Of a stretch of DNA of 64,000 nt, positions 62,165-64,000 are shown in pieces. Position 1 is the first letter of the stretch. Every line of letters starts with the position of its first letter. The stretch comes from Pseudomonadota bacterium. Its GTDB lineage: Bacteria; Pseudomonadota; Alphaproteobacteria; Rhizobiales; Rhizobiaceae. A model generated the notes under the pieces. The model had not been told where the DNA came from and made no database searches. It saw nothing but the letters and a program-made list of their open reading frames with translations. The stretch lies in NCBI GenBank assembly GCA_039815825.1, contig JBCBYO010000010.1:6886-70885 (forward strand), read 5' to 3'. The translations under genes were made by a program, and so were the position numbers.

Positions 62165-63451
62165 ATGCGCCTTGGCGGACGACTAGCCGCTGCCATCGAG
62201 GTTTTGGCAGATATCGAAGACAATAATAGACCCGTATCGGTTGCTTTGTCAGATTGGGGGCGGTCCCATCGATTTGCCGGTTCTGGTGATCGTGCCGCTA
62301 TCGGAAACCTTGTTTATGATGTGATGCGGCGCCGGGCATCAATTGCTTACCGCATGGATGATGAAACACCGGAAGCGTTGGTATTCGGCGCGTTGGCTTT
62401 TTCCTGGAACATGCCGGTTGAAAAGATAGCAGCTGAGCTGGCCGGCGATAAATTCGCACCGCCAGTGCCGAACCATCAGCTTGATAGCGCAACCGGGCGT
62501 GACATGACATTGGCCGATCCATGGGTTGAAGCCGATGTGCCACCTTGGTGCGCTGACGCGCTACAAGAGACTTTTGAAGCCGAGTGGATTGACGAGGCCA
62601 AGGAACTGACACAACGCCCGCCGTTGGATCTGCGGGTAAACACGCTCAAAGCCGACCGTGCCAAAGTTTTAAAAGCGCTTGATAAAACTGGCGCGAAACC
62701 CTCGAACATAGCGCGGCACGGTGTTCGCATCGCACCACCGCGCCGCGCAGGGCGCTTGCCGAATGTGCAAGCCGAGCCGGCTTTTCAAAAAGGTTGGTTC
62801 GAGGTTCAAGATGAGGGATCGCAAATCATTGCTGATCTTGTTTTCCCGCAGCCGGGCGAACAGGTTTTCGATCTTTGTGCCGGCGCTGGTGGCAAGACAC
62901 TGGCATTGTCTGCGGCCATGGAAAACAAAGGGCAGGTGCACGCCTACGATAATGACAAGCAGCGGCTTGCGCCTATATTCGAACGCCTGAAACGGGCCGG
63001 TACCCGCAATGTCCAAGTCCACGCCGCCGATGCTGATTTGACCGGGTTGCAAGACCGCTTTGACCGAGTTGTTGTTGATGCACCGTGTACCGGATCAGGA
63101 ACCTGGCGGCGCCATCCTGACGCCAAGTGGAAGTTGACCGAAAAGGCGTTGGAGCAGCGCTGTAGCGAGCAAGCCACGATCCTTGACAGCGCTGCCAGCT
63201 ATGTCCGGCCCGGAGGCTTTTTATGCTACATGACCTGTTCGGTTTTTCAGGCTGAGAACGAGGAGCAGGTATATGCATTTGGCGAACGGCATGAAGGGTG
63301 GGAGCTGCTATCGGTGGGCGAGGTTTGGCAAGACCTCTTCGGTTTCGATAGACCGCAACCTTGGTCGGCTGATATGAAGTGCATCACCCTAACGCCGCGC
63401 TCAACACAAACCGATGGCTTCTTCTTCGCGGTCATGCAAAAGCTCCGTTGA
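62165..63451 (+). CDS. RsmB/NOP-family SAM-dependent RNA cytosine-C5 methyltransferase
   Basis: 428 aa. FDLCAGAGGKT, DAPCTGSGTWRRHPD and YMTCS motifs. Confidence 0.85.
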   Translation: MRLGGRLAAAIEVLADIEDNNRPVSVALSDWGRSHRFAGSGDRAAIGNLVYDVMRRRASIAYRMDDETPEALVFGALAFSWNMPVEKIAAELAGDKFAPPVPNHQLDSATGRDMTLADPWVEADVPPWCADALQETFEAEWIDEAKELTQRPPLDLRVNTLKADRAKVLKALDKTGAKPSNIARHGVRIAPPRRAGRLPNVQAEPAFQKGWFEVQDEGSQIIADLVFPQPGEQVFDLCAGAGGKTLALSAAMENKGQVHAYDNDKQRLAPIFERLKRAGTRNVQVHAADADLTGLQDRFDRVVVDAPCTGSGTWRRHPDAKWKLTEKALEQRCSEQATILDSAASYVRPGGFLCYMTCSVFQAENEEQVYAFGERHEGWELLSVGEVWQDLFGFDRPQPWSADMKCITLTPRSTQTDGFFFAVMQKLR

Positions 63452-63467
63452 CCGAGGAAAACCGCAG

Positions 63468-63920
63468 ATGAAGCGCTGGATTACATTCGCTATTTTTTTG
63501 ATCGGTACCATGGCGCTTGGCGGCGTTGTCGGCGCATCAACACCACCCGGTGATTGGTACGAAAATCTGGCAAAACCGTCGTTCAATCCACCCGATTGGG
63601 TTTTCGCGCCGGTGTGGACGATCCTCTATGCCATGGTTGCTTTTGCCGGATGGCGTTCGTGGGATCGGTCACGGGGTAGCATCCAAACTCGACTTTGGTT
63701 CGTCCAATTTGCCGTCAACCTGACTTGGTCGCCCGTTTTCTTCGGTCTTCAGATGATGGGGGTCGCGTTAATCGTCATCGGCGTGATGGTCGCGTTGACG
63801 GTCGCCTTTATTGTGACAAGCTGGAAGCAAGACCGTGTAGCAACGCTGTTCATGGTTCCATATCTCGCGTGGATCAGTTTTGCGTCGATACTGAACGCAA
63901 CTTTGTGGGCGATGAATTGA
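63468..63920 (+). CDS. tspO: TspO/MBR tryptophan-rich sensory protein
   Basis: About 150 aa with 5 TM segments and Trp-rich motifs (PPDWVFAPVWTILYAMVAFAGW, FAVNLTWSPVFF). Start taken at MKRWITF. Confidence 0.85.
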   Translation: MKRWITFAIFLIGTMALGGVVGASTPPGDWYENLAKPSFNPPDWVFAPVWTILYAMVAFAGWRSWDRSRGSIQTRLWFVQFAVNLTWSPVFFGLQMMGVALIVIGVMVALTVAFIVTSWKQDRVATLFMVPYLAWISFASILNATLWAMN

Positions 63921-64000
63921 TCAGTGATGTTCCAGGTTTTATGCCAACGAGAACGAAATAGGGGTTCCCATGTTAAAGACGGTCGGTTCGACAAAAATCC

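Noticed and set aside
63970-64000. An ATG followed by an open frame (MLKTVGSTKI) at the extreme right edge.
   Set aside because: Only 31 nt are visible, which is too little to support a gene call.

Overview
This is a 64-kb chromosomal segment at roughly 45-58% GC by eye. Gene content and order look alphaproteobacterial, probably Hyphomicrobiales/Rhizobiales-like: the order carA ... carB-greA-LPS core glycosyltransferases-trxB-LysR matches what I recall for Sinorhizobium. Most of the window is housekeeping. From left to right it holds: a translationally coupled Tad/Cpa pilus operon (tadB' cpaF cpaE lipoprotein cpaC cpaB); a class-III aminotransferase; trxB-lsrB-like LysR; four LPS-type glycosyltransferase genes; greA, cspA and a cueR-like gene; carB and carA split by four small genes; yqeY, lrgAB, dnaG-rpoD, ung, a DksA/TraR-like gene, an L,D-transpeptidase, dsbA, smc, ppdK, bioY, xdhAB, ppx-rlmE and guaB; oxyR-katG; a LuxR-type response regulator with a 7TMR-DISM histidine kinase; rsmB and tspO. 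I found no rRNA, tRNA, CRISPR array, IS element or prophage. The non-coding signals worth attention are: (1) a 138-nt sRNA with three hairpins, each displaying an identical AUCCUCCUCCC loop, directly 3' of the lsrB/vtlR-like regulator; (2) an intrinsic terminator inside the greA leader, GraL-like; (3) a CueR-type dyad at an orphan cueR; (4) a 24-bp perfect palindrome at an arsR promoter; (5) a TTAA-N7-TTAA box upstream of rpoD. The best candidates for undescribed biology are: two tandem, about 77% identical small exported paralogs next to the 7TMR-DISM two-component pair; a secreted protein built of six ~61-aa Cys-pair repeats; an arsR-permease-transglutaminase-like operon; and a lower-GC two-gene islet between rpoD and ung. 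I do not see a clear large novel multi-gene system. All family assignments come from motif recognition by eye, not from searches.
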